Notes: a model not told the origin generated them from the letters alone. 62,654 nucleotides of DNA, filler included, from Choristocarpus tenellus KU-1152 (GCA_964200185.2; 12 parts of 12 records of this genome joined end to end with filler, not necessarily neighbours in it); one strand, 5' to 3'; shown: positions 13,768 through 28,190, numbered from the whole stretch's first letter. Program-made: numbers and translations.

Positions 13768-13946
13768 GGCTCAAAATATCTGGGGGGGGGTGGTGGCGGC
13801 TATCCATTTGGGGCCAATTTTTTTTAATGTCTCGATTTTTGGGTGATTTGGTTCCATACGTTGGATGAATAATGAAAGTGCACTTTTCCTGGTTTTGGTC
13901 CAAATGGACACTCTGGTGTAGACCCCCCCCCCAGATACTTTGGGTC
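13768..13946 (-). mobile_element. MITE family A, full inverted copy with 4-bp TSD AAAT
   Basis: AAAT|GGCTCAAAATATCTGGGGG...CCCCCAGATACTTTGGGTC|AAAT. The interior is the reverse complement of the 11725 copy. Confidence 0.9.
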
Positions 13947-16445
13947 AAATCGCAACATCGGATTTGCGCCATCAAATGGACGCCACTCTACCCTCTAAGA
14001 TATTTTGACTCTCATACATTGATATTGATTGAGAAAAGTGCCCCTGTCCTGCTAACCCGACGCACATTGGATTACCTGGACTACTAAAGTATCCTGAGAG
14101 GCTTGCACGAGCATCATCATCTTCTATAGGCTTGCGGATTGGAGATATACATCCTGTGGAGGTAAGCTTCTGGAGCGTGCTGTAACATGGAGGTCCTACC
14201 TTGTCTCTTCAAACAGGAGAGAAACTTAGCTTACCGCATGGATTTCTTGGGCTTGGTTTTGTCGTCTCCCTGGATGGTTTTGGAGCGTTTTAATCTTCTA
14301 CGAGATTCTTCTGCTTGGTCTCGCCGTCTCCTTGGGTGGTCTGAGAGCGCTTGCCTCACCTCCTAACTTGGAGGAAGGGCCTGGTGTGATGGCATCTGTG
14401 GCTCCAAGGGAGGCATCGTACACCTCTGACCGTAAACGAGTAGTCTCTGACCGCCATGGTATAGACGTTGCCTAGGTAGTTATTTCCCGTCATTCGTACA
14501 CTCACATTCCCAATCTGTTTTTCGTGTGTCACGCTGTCCTTTTATTTCACAGGTTCCGCCGGGAATCAGTGATTCAGAGAGGTTCCAGCTCAGGGCCAGA
14601 CTTCGTGAGAATTCCTGAAGTAGTCATGACGGCTCAAACCGTTCATCCATTGCTTCCACGCAGCGATAACTTAACCCCTTTCCGCATCGAGCTTCTGGGA
14701 CAAATTTTGTTTGACTTTCTTTGGACACACATCGGTCCTTCTGGGTGATTCGTCTACAATCCACGTCCCACGCATCACAGGGCCGCTCGTACAGGTCCCT
14801 TGAGATGACATAACGGCAACCGAGTGGGTCCATATTTTAGTTAGAGAATGCACCTTTTCGGATGGCCAGCCGAGAATCGCAATAACGGTTGCCATGAGTT
14901 CTTTTTTTAAAGACAAAGAAAAGCGTGACACGGAAGGCTGCGACAATAGCCTAGTTTTGCACTATTGGGTATATACCGTGGACTCGCGGATGCCTCATAT
15001 ATATGAGGCCCATTTCATAGGGTGATAGATACATATAGGTGAAGGTCAACTCATTTATTTGTACAAAGAAGGAGTATCCCCAACGTCCTTACCAATATAT
15101 GGAAGTACAGTGTAAAGAGTATGGTATATTTCGAAAGAAAATGGAAGCCAAACTGGCCCACTAGCAATTTCGCAGAATAATCCTTTGGGAAACGAAATAG
15201 TAAACCATCGAATTAAACCAGACCGGATTTTTGATGATCTCATAAAGGAATTATCCAATCGAAGCGACCAATACGCATTTATCCCAGCCAATCAAAATGC
15301 TGCAAAAGCTGCTTTGTACAACATGAAGACTCGCACTGTGTTGGGTAACATGGTTCAAGCACTTGCTATATTTGCTACCATGTCACACCCTTTGGCTGCC
15401 TCAGCCGAAACCCCGATGTTCAGGAAGAACTGGGATTACATCACCACAACAGAACGTCCATGCACGAAGAGGTATCAAGCCAAACTTCACTGTTAGACCG
15501 AGAGGTTATCAACCGTGTATTGGGAGCCCTTGCGCCCATGCTTCAACCTGTTTTAACCCAGAACTCCTTGCCCGCTGTCTGTGCTGCCTTAAATGTCCAA
15601 CCTTCCTACGTTCCCGGGATACACAGTAACTCGTTCGTTCCAAAAAATAAATGCATCAAATATGTTCGACCAGTCACATCCGTTCCCCAGCCTGTGCTTT
15701 GATCCCCACTTACTCTAGCCACAGACAGGGCCAGTGATAGAAGTCAGCACCATTCGGGCAAAGGCTTAACTCCATCATCTCCCTCCTAGGACGAAGACGA
15801 TACATGGCTAAGGGCACATCGAGTTTGCTTCCATTATACCTATGGTCGAGATTACTTCAGGTTCATAACTGACGAGTGCAGGTATACACAAGACTTGGTA
15901 GGACCCACGGGAGTCCTCTCATACCTTTCGAGAATCCACCAAGAATCTCTGGGTGCTCAATCCACTACAGAGTCGCGTATGATGGTAGCCTTACAGATAC
16001 ACATCTCCAATACCTGGCAGCGATGCAAGACTCGAAACTCCCTCCACTATTTGCGAGAAACCCAACCGATTTGGACGCTGCAGAGTCGCCTTGAAGTTAT
16101 GCCGTGGAGTCTGAGGCTCCAGAGATCCATGTCATTCCAACTATAGATATTAAGGCTCCCTTTCCCACCTCGATAATATTCGTAATGACACCGGCCTATT
16201 GTACTAGTCAAGTGTCGACATCTTCCCTGCGAAGGCACCCATGCAGAGTCCGCTCGAGAATGCCTGTCCGAGTACTCCCTGACACAGGCGCAGGAGGGGG
16301 GGAATTACGTCTCGTCTGTTTTTTTTTTTGTTTTTGTTTTTTTTTNNNNNNNNNNNNNNNNNNNNNNNNNNNNNNNNNNNNNNNNNNNNTTAATTAATTA
16401 ANNNNNNNNNNNNNNNNNNNNNNNNNNNNNNNNNNNNNNNNNNNN

Positions 16446-18608
16446 CCCCCAGTGCGAGGTCCAAATGCAGGAGATGCTCCGGGAGGGGGGGGGGCTGTGC
16501 CAACCGCGAGAGTATGAAGGTTGTCCTGATGACGCCGGTAGTCCACCTTGGCAAGACCACACACATTAGTTGTACACACACACACACATACACATAAAAA
16601 AACAAAATAAATAGAAAAGGTTCATGTGGAGATGTGTGCAGTGACTACCTATTAAAACCTTATTTTTTACTAATGCTGTTAAAAGGGTTAGGGTTAGGGT
16701 TAGGGTTAAGGTGGTACAAACGAAAGGCACTGACGTAGACACCCCACAGAATTATACATGAAGAACCTCCCTATTTGAAATAATTATACTCTGAGTTGAC
16801 CTGACAATCATACACCCTAGCATCACTAACAATCACAGTGGGGGTGATGTTGTGTTGGTAGGCTTGATTTTCAAGGACCAAGAAAGGGTGGGTGGGGTGG
16901 GTGGGCAGGGGCAGGAGTGGGGTATANNNNNNNNNNTTGTGGGGGTGTTTTTTTTTTAAAAAAAAAAAAAGGGGGGGGGGGGGGGGGGTGGGGCAGGGGC
17001 AGGAGTGGGGTATATATAAATCTATATCTATATAGTATGACTCAATAGAAGATGGGCCGTTAGTACAAAAAACCCAAAAGAGGTATTCAAGAGATAAGCC
17101 ATGTAAGGTACAACTTGGTGGTGGTTACTCCCAACATAGTCCAACCCTGACCCTCACTGACAACAAGAGCACCTAATTGAACACTTCGCCAATAAATAAA
17201 CCCAATATCCAATTCACCGAGGACCTCACAGCTTACCCTGAAGAGCATGTTAACGCTAACATCTGGAGAGAGATTGTCATGTCCAATAGAACCGCACCCC
17301 TTACCTGCACAAAGTGTGGTATCTTCAGCAGGCGCCGAAGGTTTTCCCTTATCTTATCAATACCTTCTGCATTATCGGCATTCCGGTTCCACACTGAGAT
17401 CACGTCCTCACTGAGGAAAGGGATAGGGACTATCAGACAGAGGGAATCCATCCAAGGTCACGCCCAACCAAGGCTTGGTGCTACAACTGACAAATAGACA
17501 CCTCCAGTGCAATGCACACAGGACACAAGCTATAACCAACACTCAACACAAGCTGTAACCTACATATGGAAAGTACTCCCCTCGACTACCCTACACTGCA
17601 GTATTGTTGCCCTAACCCTAGTTCACACCTGTAGCGTACTGACACCACTGCTCCACATATCTCATTGCCAACATCGAACTGTTCACCAATGATGGCCAGC
17701 ACAACCTCCTCCCATGCACGACTGGCCAAACCTTTCTTCAAACGAACGAGGAGTTGGCCCCCCCTCTACAAAGCAAGGGCATAGGTATAGTATCAGAAAG
17801 CAAGCAAGAGGTGGGGCAATCTGTACAATGACTGGTAGATGCTGCTAGTGAGCAAGAAAGGAGAAAGGAGGGGTAAGCAGCCCTCTTTTGGTAAGCAGCC
17901 CGTAACTACTACACTACGACATTGAAAAAGATTAAAAAACACACAGCACACAGAGAAGAAAGCATTGGTAATTGAGAGGATGATAAAAAAAATTGCTGGG
18001 GGGGGGGGGGGGGGGAAGAGGGGGGAACAGGGGGGGGGNNNNNNNNNNGTGAAGAGGTGTGAACCAGGGGGAGGAAGTCACGTGCAGTTATTGTGCTGTG
18101 TTTGACTTGTCAACATTTGAAATGCAGACACTAGATATATTCAGTGAGAGGATTCACAAAGCCACACAAAACAATTTACCAACAAATCAAGTATGAGGTC
18201 TCAAACAATTAACTAAATACTCTGGAGTAGATCATGGAGCTACAGAAAGCACAGGAGTCAAACCCAATTTAACAAAATCTACTCTTCATGCAAACAGACA
18301 CACCCTGCAATACTACCTAAAAAAAGGAGGGATATATATAAATCACTCAACAGATATTATTAGCCCCATCTCACACCCCCATTGTCCTGTCCCTGGAATT
18401 AAATCCACCCCTCCACAGTTCAGAGGACTACTACACACCTGATTCTGGGTATCTTCCCAAGTGGGCTTAATCCCATCCCGAAACAGGTGTATGTCTGTGG
18501 CATTAGGCACCTTTCAGTTGCACAAAGAGGTTTTACATTAGGCTACAAGCAGCAGAAAATCAATATCTAATGCATCCACTTCAATACTTCAATACATGTG
18601 TTTGTATG

Positions 18609-18642
<34 letters not shown>

Positions 18643-19164
18643 TGTATGTATGTATGTATGTATGTATGTATGTATTATGTATGTGTGTGTGTATGTATGT
18701 ATGTATGTATCACTTAGGCTACGAACTGAACCCTAATGAGGTAAACAAACTCATTGCATTACAAACAGTTGTACCGGTACAGTGGGGTCAATGTGAATGG
18801 TACCGTTACAAATGGAACATTGCTGATGTAAATTGCATCATTGGAATATGAACATTGCAGTATGAACATGTCCCACAATCAGAAGCCAATCATCACTGCA
18901 GAGCTAACTTCAGCCACAGGAAAACAGGCAAGTAGCAAGGGAGGACATTTGATGCTGCTGTGGACAAGTAGCAGTTGAGGAGAGAGGTGAGAGGAGGTGA
19001 GAGGAGGTTGGTACCTGATCTGCACGTAGGATGTGATTATAGATTCGCCAGAAGTGCTCCACTGTCTGAAAACTAGACACCTCCTTGATGCCACTCTCAT
19101 AGGCCTCACTAGGGTCTTTCTCCTTCTGCACCCCCTTTCGATAGTACCAGAAGCAGTAGCGGTT
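16446..19164 (-). CDS. EIF4E2: Class II eIF4E cap-binding protein (4EHP/nCBP-like), partial; exons 19164-19015, 18510-18439, 17765-17629, 17410-17305, 16546-16446 (truncated by gap)
   Basis: Phase-consistent GT-AG exons translate to NRYCFWYY...AYESGIKEVSSFQTVEHFWRIYNHI / DIHLFRDGIKPTWED / KKGLASRAWEEVVLAIIGEQFDVGNEICGAVVSVRY / SEDVISVWNRNA / VDYRRH. Tyr occupies the positions equivalent to human eIF4E1 W43 and W56. Confidence 0.92.
18600..18708. repeat. (TATG)n microsatellite in eIF4E intron
   Basis: Seen directly. Confidence 0.95.
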
Positions 19165-19969
19165 CTGCATATCAGGAGGGGGGGGGGGGGGAGGGGGCGG
19201 GGGGGGGGCCTTTCATTCTTTCAGGAGGTGCAAAAAAAGGGGAAGAGGGTACCCAGATGAAGCTTCAGGAGTCTTTTCCAACAAGAGATCCTCCGGAATT
19301 TTGGAAATAATGCCAGCGCCTCTGTTTCAGAACTATTTATTGTTCACTTCAATTCCAAAAGGTTAAACTTCCCTGCTCAATCTGAATCACAACATCACAT
19401 GATATCCATCATGCAGTCAAAAACACCATCATGGGCTACCTTACCACCCCAACCACACTTGGTGAGTACCTCACAACTGTCACCACTGACCAACAAGGAC
19501 TCAACGGGTATTAGGGATGCAACCAATAACTCGAAAAGACCAACCGTTCAGTTACAAACACTTGACGAGAACATTTCATTGGTCGAAACAACCTGCAGTG
19601 CATCGTCTAGAAGAGCAGAATCCATCAGATGGTCTTTTCAAAATACTGACTCACATGATCAGACTCACCAAGATTGGGGACAAGTCAGCCTGTTGGCATT
19701 TAAAATCTGTTAAGATAAAAAAAAATCTTACCTACCAATAGCCCGATTGACATCCTTATCCTTTTCTTCATTTATGGGGCTTTCGACTCTGATCTGATGA
19801 TTTCGTATCATATGACAAAAAAAATCACCATCTCTTTAGCCTAACGGCTTCCACAGCCTGTGTGAAAAGGTTGACTCACGAAAGCTACCTCCAACAACAT
19901 GTGGGCTGCTTGCTTGGACCAAGGACTACATTGTTGATAGAACAATGGCGGTCACTGGGTACTTGTTTA

Positions 19970-20016
19970 CTATACTATACTATACTATACTATACTATAC
20001 TATACTATACTATACT
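19970..20016. repeat. (TATAC)n microsatellite
   Basis: Seen directly. Confidence 0.95.
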
Positions 20017-21916
20017 CTTTTATTTTTACTGGCCGAGGAACACAACAAAACACCCCCCAAAAAAAAAACTCCAAGCAGCAGCACACACACGATACCAACC
20101 CAATGAACCCTGCAAAGTTTGAGAGCGTAACTCCCTCTAATGGGCATGAAAACTGAGGCGTGGGGCATGTTCCGAAATTGCCGTAGTGTGCTAATGTTCA
20201 ATTTTGTGTGATGTGTGATATTTGATGTGCTAAGTGTGCCAATGTTGAGGAGATTTTCTTCTTCTTGGAGGGGAAGGGTTCAACAACTGCAACAACTGCA
20301 ACAACTGAAAAAAAAAGTAGTTGTGAGTGTTGTGAATTGAAAGCCTACTACTAGTACATTCAAGTGAAACTTAAATCGGTACTAAAAAAATGGCATGTAC
20401 TACTAATAGTAATAGTAATAGTACTACTCAAGTACATGTACTAGTAGTCAAGTACATATGAAAGTGTATAGGAACACATGGATGAAAGTGTACAAATCGC
20501 CAATCTCAGGAGGTGATGACACGCTATGCACATTCACACCACATTCACACCTCAGCTTTCGGTTTTGATTCATTCTGATTCAATTGCATCACTATGAATA
20601 AGTAGTGCACTGTCACTATGAACCACACCACTACAAAATAAGTACTGCATCTGTCATCGCAATGTTCATCTGATACCTCCTTCAAAAATTAAGTACAGAT
20701 AATATTTCAGAGATTGAGGTGGAATGATCAACACACCTTGTCTGAAGCAAGTGATTTACACCAGTGCACACAGTTGATTGTTTCAAGCACTACATTACAT
20801 TTTAACAACAACCCTTGTGGTCCAATGATACTGGAGACAAAAAGACTTAAGGGTTGTCACGTAGGATTGATGTATCTCTATGGGTGAAAAAATTGAGATA
20901 TGTAGACCAGTGAGAGATGGGGTCTCTCTGGTACTTGTAAACAAACAAATCCATGTCTGCACCACATACAAATTGAGTCGCAAGGATGAATGTTAAAAAA
21001 TTGAGAGAGATACAAAGGTTGTGAGGCTCAATTTCTAGCTCAGGAAGTGGAACTAAATTAAATAAAAGATGTGTTGTCATGTGAGCCTTGCTCTATGCTT
21101 CACTCTGAAAAACTGTGGTAAGGTGGACAGATAGGACAGACAATGCTAGCCAAAATGTGGCCGTGAGGGCTTACAAGTCCAGGCATTGCTTGCAATCTCC
21201 TGGTAGCTATTGGCAAATGCCTTTCGAAAATTGTTCTTTTTAACTTGGAACAGGTGAATCACACCTCCTAAAGACAGCAAAGTCAATACATTCACCCATA
21301 AATGTAGATGTATACCTTTTTCACCTACAATAAACACAACAATGACACTTTTTGCTGCAATGAAAGCTTTCCTATCATACTACAGTAATGACTAGATCCA
21401 ATAAAAGCAACAGATAAATCATGATCCTGCTCCAAACAAGTACAGCAGCGACCTCTTGTTTCTTGCTAATGTACATAGGGTACTGAGGAGGTATGTGTGC
21501 TTAGGAATTTTAAAGGAATACGAGAAAAATAGATATGGATAGGTATGTACAGGTTGAGGTTAAAATACCAACGTGGTAGTGCTAGAATCATGATCAATGG
21601 CCACAAAATCTGGCGACCATGAGAGCCGTCAATGAGGTAATGTTTGGGTGTCCATACTTTCGTACTGACACACAGTATTGAGTACGTCGCTGTCGAGCTA
21701 ATTTCATGAAACGGTCGTATTTATTCTTGTCGAGTCATGGCATTTTGAAGTAGACCAATCGCAACAATACTTCAAGCTAACATGTATCTCATGAGACTTC
21801 ACATCTACCCAAAAAGGAGTGTGTCCTCATTCCCGAATATCGCATTGCCCAGAAGTCATATCACTGTAGTCCCAAAAACACCAGTGGGTATGACCCTTCG
21901 ATTTCTTTCCTCCCAC

Positions 21917-22504
21917 CTGTATCAGCGTTTGCCGCGTACCAGAAGTATCCTCCAACTCGTTGTACGTGTCCTCATACTTCGGGTCATCGATGGTAGACTT
22001 GGGGGGAGCTCCGCCATTGTTGCTGTTCAATACACGCAGCAAGCTCTGCACTGGTTCATCTTGAGGCCTTTAAAAAGGAAGGGGGATTGGGTAAGAATCG
22101 AGGGCAGTGCAAGACAACTGCAATTTAGGAGCTGGAGCGATGGTCTGAAGTGGGGAAACTAGGATGATGCCAGGTGGTTTTGTCCCTGAGCGCAAAGCAA
22201 GCGACAAAGGAAGCGACCCTTGGACGGATCCGATGTATTGACGCTGCGCTGGAAATGCATGCAGTTCAGGGGGAACAATCGTTGGATACTCGGTTCCTCT
22301 CTCACCCTAGGCTTTCCTGCCTGGATGGTTTGAGGGGCACAGCTTCCCGAGGGGCCATCTCAACGTGCTTAGTATGAGAAAGAGGCCACAGATTGTTGAC
22401 CATCCGTCATATACAATTCTTCTCATGACGCACATCGAAGGGCATATCCCGGCTGTCATTCGAGCTCACCCAGACGAGGGGGAGTTTTCCAGGACTAAAG
22501 CCAT
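21917..22504 (-). CDS. Candidate 5' coding exons 22504-22470 and 22067-21917 (MALVLENSPSSG-PQDEPVQSLL...GTRQTLIQ), possibly the eIF4E N-terminus
   Basis: ATG, a GTGAG donor and a pyrimidine-rich AG acceptor join in phase. The second exon ends in phase 0, which is compatible with the 19164 exon. The link itself is unproven. Confidence 0.5.
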
Positions 22505-25101
22505 TCAAACGCAGTCCTTGGCGTCGAGTCTGCAAATTTGCTCTGTCTTTGCCTTACAACCAGTTGACCGCTCCGACTAAGTCCGCTGCTGATGAGACGT
22601 TCAGGGTGCTGAGCTACGTTGGGGCAATCCTGTTGTGAAATATGTAGGTTGTTGCAAGTCCTTTCCTTATGTTGGTGTTCCTCTCACCTCTCCTCTCTTT
22701 ATAGTAGGTCCACGGTATGGAAACTTACTCTAACGGTATGTTATTTCAACGGTATTTTACGTATAGGTGGTATAAATTCCCTACCCTCCCATACTAATAA
22801 ATTTTATTATTATTATGCCCTTTTACATTTTGTAGATGTCTCACAGGAAAAACTATTCACATCTCAGAAAAATTCCAAAAAAGTCACAGTTGTCCTAAAA
22901 TGTGCCTCCAACACTAACATGACCACAGCAACGGAAGCAGTAACCGAACTCACGTAACACTACTGTTTGGTGATGGTATCTAGTGTGTGTTGCTGGTGGG
23001 CGTATGGCACTTGATTTAGTGTTTCTCTGATGTGTAGCTATAAGAAAGAGTAGGTAATTTCGAGAGTGCAGGATGATGCTCTCCTTCTTGGTCCAACTCG
23101 CAAAGGGAAGTTTACGTCTATTTCACTCTCCCATCATACAATACACGAGGCGAATTGATATTCACCTTTAGGGTTGAGTCCCTTTCTTCGCTCAATTCGT
23201 CCAAAAGATGCAGTTCACTATACGGTTTGGGGTCTAGTTCTTCCATCGAACCACCAATTGATGCCGACAAGAAGGCAACAGAAAATCGTGTTGGACGCAC
23301 AATTTTTTTTCGTATTTTTTTTTTCGGTCCAGAACTTCTTGTGGCAGAAGTGGATTCTTCAAACCGGCTGTCCCTTAATCTATCTCTGTTTCTTTACGCA
23401 TCCCCTCGGATCGTGGACGTGTGAGACAGTGGTAATCACTACAATCCGATGTCAGATGAGGATTTGGTGCTTTTTGGTAGTTTCAAGTAAAAAAAGCTGA
23501 ACAAATAGTGAGAGTTTGCGGAGTTCTTTTTCTGTTAGTGCTTTCTCATTCTGGGACAGGGACAGTGACGCTTGATTCCTTGAACCTCCAACCCAGAAGA
23601 CCCAATCAATTGCTTCGAAATGCAGGTACTACCTGGAGTCACGTTCCTTTTTCCATATAAATCTCACCATCCATACCTGGTTCAACACAAAAACATCGAT
23701 CCTCCAACTTCAACCTTCAACCCCTCCACCCTACTTCATTCAATGCTTTTGTGTTGGTGTCTGAATTTCTGACCCCTTTATGGTCTATGGTATCCTAGAG
23801 GGGGGATCCGGCGTCCATTCAGAGTCTGGGTGACCCTATAGTAACTCTCATGTTATTTGAGTGGATGCGTCAGATTCAAGGCCAATTTTCTTCATCTGGA
23901 CATATCTTCCGTTTCCACCCCCCTGCCTGGACAAACCCGAAAAAAATCACTTGAAAAACGGGCATCGACCTGGCCTAAACACCCTCCCTGTAGGATACTA
24001 CTATGGGCCTACAAATTACGCACCCGATTCCATGTGGGATGTGAGTCAAGCATCTCTCTAGTTTTGTTTTGATCTTAAAGTGAACTCGTCCCAACACATA
24101 ACCACGTTGCTCTCAGAGAATTATGGGGGGGATCAGCTGAGAACGTAGGAGTGCATGACAATATGGTCGATATCAGATGCCCCAGAAGTATTGACACGGT
24201 ACAGACCCTCGTAACACATGTGAGGTACTGTTACAGGCGCCCCAGAAAGCTTACCTCCACAGGATGTATAGCTCCAATCTACGGGCCTATAGATGATACT
24301 GATGTACGTATAGGACTCCTGATGCACNNNNNNNNNNNNNNNNNNNNNNNNNNNNNNNNNNNNNNNNNNNNTTAATTAATTAANNNNNNNNNNNNNNNNN
24401 NNNNNNNNNNNNNNNNNNNNNNNNNNNTGTTTTTTTTTTTTGTTGCTTTTTTGGTCCGGGCATAGGGTAGGTGGGGGGGGGGGGAATTGGTTTATTTGTA
24501 CTGCTGGCAATGGGGGGTAGTTGACAATGACATGCTGGGGGTCTCACAAAATAAATAAATAAATAGTAATGCCTCCATTTACATAAAACCCGCATTAAAA
24601 AAATACTTTCAATTATTATGGTACGAAAATATGGCATCCCTTCAACATCATTGGTTTTCATGGGATACAGGCAAGCAGGCAAGGTGTCTGACAAGCGGGA
24701 TTTCAACACCTTTTTTGGCACACGCCTGCAGAGGAGGCTGTGCCCAGGGCACCCAGAAAAAGGGCAACCAAAATGCCAACCCTAACTAACCCTAACCTCA
24801 CTGTAAGTACTCAACAAAATGTTCTTGCTACCACTAGTAACTACACTGTTCCTACTACTGTCAAAAGTAATGTACAAACAAAATAATAATAAAAAGTATA
24901 AAAACACAAAAAAGCACACACCCTCGAGACTGCAGCACACACTATTTCAGTAGCATAAATATAAACATAAATATTAATAGTAATAACACTACTAATAGTA
25001 ATAAAAAACACACCACCGAGGGCTTAACACTTCCAAACATAGGTGCAGTTGTTAGGGCAGTGGGGGTACTGCCAAGCACTCCATCAGACCTACCCCAGAG
25101 T

Positions 25102-25133
<32 letters not shown>

Positions 25134-25691
25134 CGACACTAAACTTGTCAAATAAAATAGGCATCCTTATCCATCAAACCAGCACCGTGAGAACAAGAAG
25201 GGTGTTACAGACAGAGCGATCAGTGAAGACATCAATGGAGACATCAATGAGACATCAATGGAGACTCTGGAATATACACTCATTCACTTCCATCGAATGC
25301 TTGGTTGATCACACTCCCAGGCCATTTGATCGTTTCATCGATCCCATAGTTGTAGCTTGTAGCTACAACCAATGAAACGACTGAGAGCCTTCATACATGG
25401 CAAGGGTCTCTTCTCTTCCTACTGTACACTACAACCAGAACTCTAACCCTAACCCTAACCCTTGCACTACAAGACAACGCCACAACCACTGTACAAACCC
25501 TCCAAGAGTTGTGCTTCTTTGTACGATATTCCACTCACCCTAACTCTAATCCCTAACCCCTGATTCTCTATGAAGTCACATTGATCCTACAGACACGACA
25601 AAAATTAGAGCATTTCAAGCTCTGGAGCGCCACAGCACGGTGCTCGTCAAATACATTCAAGACACAAAACAACAATAATAAAACATCAAGT

Positions 25692-25720
<29 letters not shown>
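25692..25720. repeat. (GCA)n microsatellite
   Basis: Seen directly. Confidence 0.95.
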
Positions 25721-25722
<2 letters not shown>

Positions 25723-25834
25723 AAACACGCCCTTGCGAGGTGAGACACAGCAACCCTCCCCCCCCAACAAACACAAGCCCCATTCGTGGCTAAGAGCATT
25801 TGTGAGCACCACCACTGAACCAAATGCTTGTCAC

Positions 25835-26877
25835 CTCGAAAGGTATGCCTTGGAGGCAGCATAGGTAGCCACCCTGGGGTTGGGAGAAGAGGCAGCTATG
25901 GAAGAGATCATCAGGATCCTTCCCCTCCGTTGGCTGACAAAGTCTGACCACAGTGAGAAGGCAGAGAACCAGACATGGTCATGATCACACGTCTTGGGGT
26001 GTGTGAAAGGACTGGAAGGAAAGAGTAGTGACCGGTATAGACAACGTTCATTGCAGGACCTGTAAGGGGTATCATACGTATCGCCGTACGAATGAGTCTA
26101 AGCGAACATCAAATTCAACCCTAAACCTAACCCTAACCCAGAAGAAATGCAGCGTATGTACTATTGTACTAATACTTAAAACAAAAGAATATATAACCCT
26201 GAATAAAATAAAAACATTAGTGTGATTCGTACCACTGCATTGATAGTAACAAAAAACCCCCCGAACCCTAGCCCTGCAAGATGTACTAGTACAAAACTCA
26301 TTGCACTACCGTAATAATAATAATAATAATAACAACAACAATCAAACAAAACCTTAAAGCCAAATCTGAAGCCACCTAAGTCCTCTCAACACCAACACCA
26401 CCCTCTACCCTCTCTACAAAACGTCATCTAATCTCTACCAAAACTTCCACAAACCTAAGCCTATACAACCATTACAATTAATAATAATAATAATATTAAC
26501 AATACTACTACTGTACCTTTGTCTAAGTACTCCTTACTAAACCCCGACAAAAAAGAGTTAGCAGCACTAACGAGAAGTAAGTGTTAGGGATAATCGTTTA
26601 TTCATTTTTGTGTGTGTGTGTGTACAAAATTGTCCCACCCAACGACTGAAGTATAGCCTCTCTGCAGGTAGTTATCAGGTTAGGGTTAGGGTTAGGGTCC
26701 GGGTTTGTATTCCCTGCATCCACCTCCGGCAAAGAGTCTCGTGATGCGGGTCGTTCCTATGATGTTAACGCCCAGCTGTGCCTCCATCTGTTCCTCCTCC
26801 AGCTTGTGGAACTTGCTCACCCAACACAACCCGGCAGCATTCACCAGCACTTCCACAGTCAGGTTCAGACGCTTTGC
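25835..26877 (-). CDS. Classical short-chain dehydrogenase/reductase, internal exons 26877-26724 and 25943-25835
   Basis: VEVLVNAAG...VNIIGTTRITRLFAG|DFVSQRRGRILMISSIAA...TYAASKAYLS contains the NAG motif, the catalytic Ser and YxxxK. The exons join in phase 1. Other exons were not resolved. Confidence 0.88.
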
Positions 26878-28159
26878 CTTGAAGGGTTAGGGTTAGGGTT
26901 AGGACCAGAGTAATGATGACTTGGGTTGAGGTTGTACTAATTAACAAAAATATTAGAGTTATGGATGTTGTGCTTACATAATAATACATACATACATAGA
27001 TGTATACATAGATGCATATGTATATGTGTATGTACGTATACTGTGTTGGAGGGGGTTTATAGGGAATAGCTAACATCTAAAATGAAGCAGGCAATGTGGA
27101 CCGAGGATGACCATTTCTGTCAATAATCACCAAAATAGATTTCAAGGGTTAGGGATATCGATCATATGCTTCAAAGCCCAAAGGGTATAAAGGTAATGGC
27201 AAAAAAAAAATTGCAGAAAAAAACAAAAAAATTTCAAAACCATTTAGAAACTTAAAATAAATAAATACTTATATATATATATACATACATACATACCATC
27301 GAGCTTTGCATCTCTACCAGCAGCATTACTCAGGACAACCATAGCACCACTGGGACCTATTGAAGCTCAATGTGGAACTAAGCCCCCCCCCCCCCTCAAA
27401 ACCTGGTTCCACCTGCTTGCCTCACCAGGTTACATGTATGATCCATTGTACAACAGCGAGGGCAGGCCAGACCAGACCCTTCACAGCAGCAACGGTATTG
27501 AAGTATACTTCAAAATACTACAAAAATATAAATAATACCTCTCCCCTTCCCCCGTAAAGAAGAGAGCCGATAACCTCAAACCTAACCCTAACCCTGAACA
27601 CGACCATAGAGAAACAATAACAATAACAATATTCTCACTTCAATGACCGACTTCATTTTTGGCTTTGGCTTTTATCGTATAAACACGAGGTCAGCGAAAA
27701 TCTAGACAGAAGGAGCAGGCCAGATACCACATTTTATTTTGTTTTGTACCTCCATTTTAAACAGTTCAGAGCTGGCACAGGGATGTATGTAGTATACCAT
27801 AACAAAATTTACAAAATACACAAACAAGACATACATGCACACAAACAGAGGGAAGGTCAAATCAAGACAGATCAGGACTTCAACTGGGTCTTGGGTTGCT
27901 ATTTTGGTCCTTTCCTGCCATTGGGTGACACTGCGGGTGACATTGGTTCTAGTGAAACAAAATCCTGAGAAATAATAAAATAAACTAAATTTCATGTGGG
28001 GAAGTCTTCTCAACAACACCACTACTAATAGAAAAAAATAATGACGACAATCAATAACATTAAGGTTAAAAATGTTATGGCAATTGCCCAAAATCCCCAA
28101 ACCCACCACAACAAAAAAACACAACAACAAACAAAAAAAAAAAAAAAAAACAAAACCCC

Positions 28160-28190
<31 letters not shown>

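Noticed and set aside
16685-16707. True telomere
   Set aside because: Only 3-4 TTAGGG units, internal and intronic.
16898-17014. Direct repeat GGGCAGGGGCAGGAGTGGGGTATA
   Set aside because: The copies flank an N10 gap and poly-G, so this is likely a scaffolding overlap artefact.
21175-21199. APC10/DOC1-like micro-exon (EIASNAWT)
   Set aside because: No downstream APC10 exons (KPG.GV, TYWQSDG) were found, so the resemblance is too short to support.
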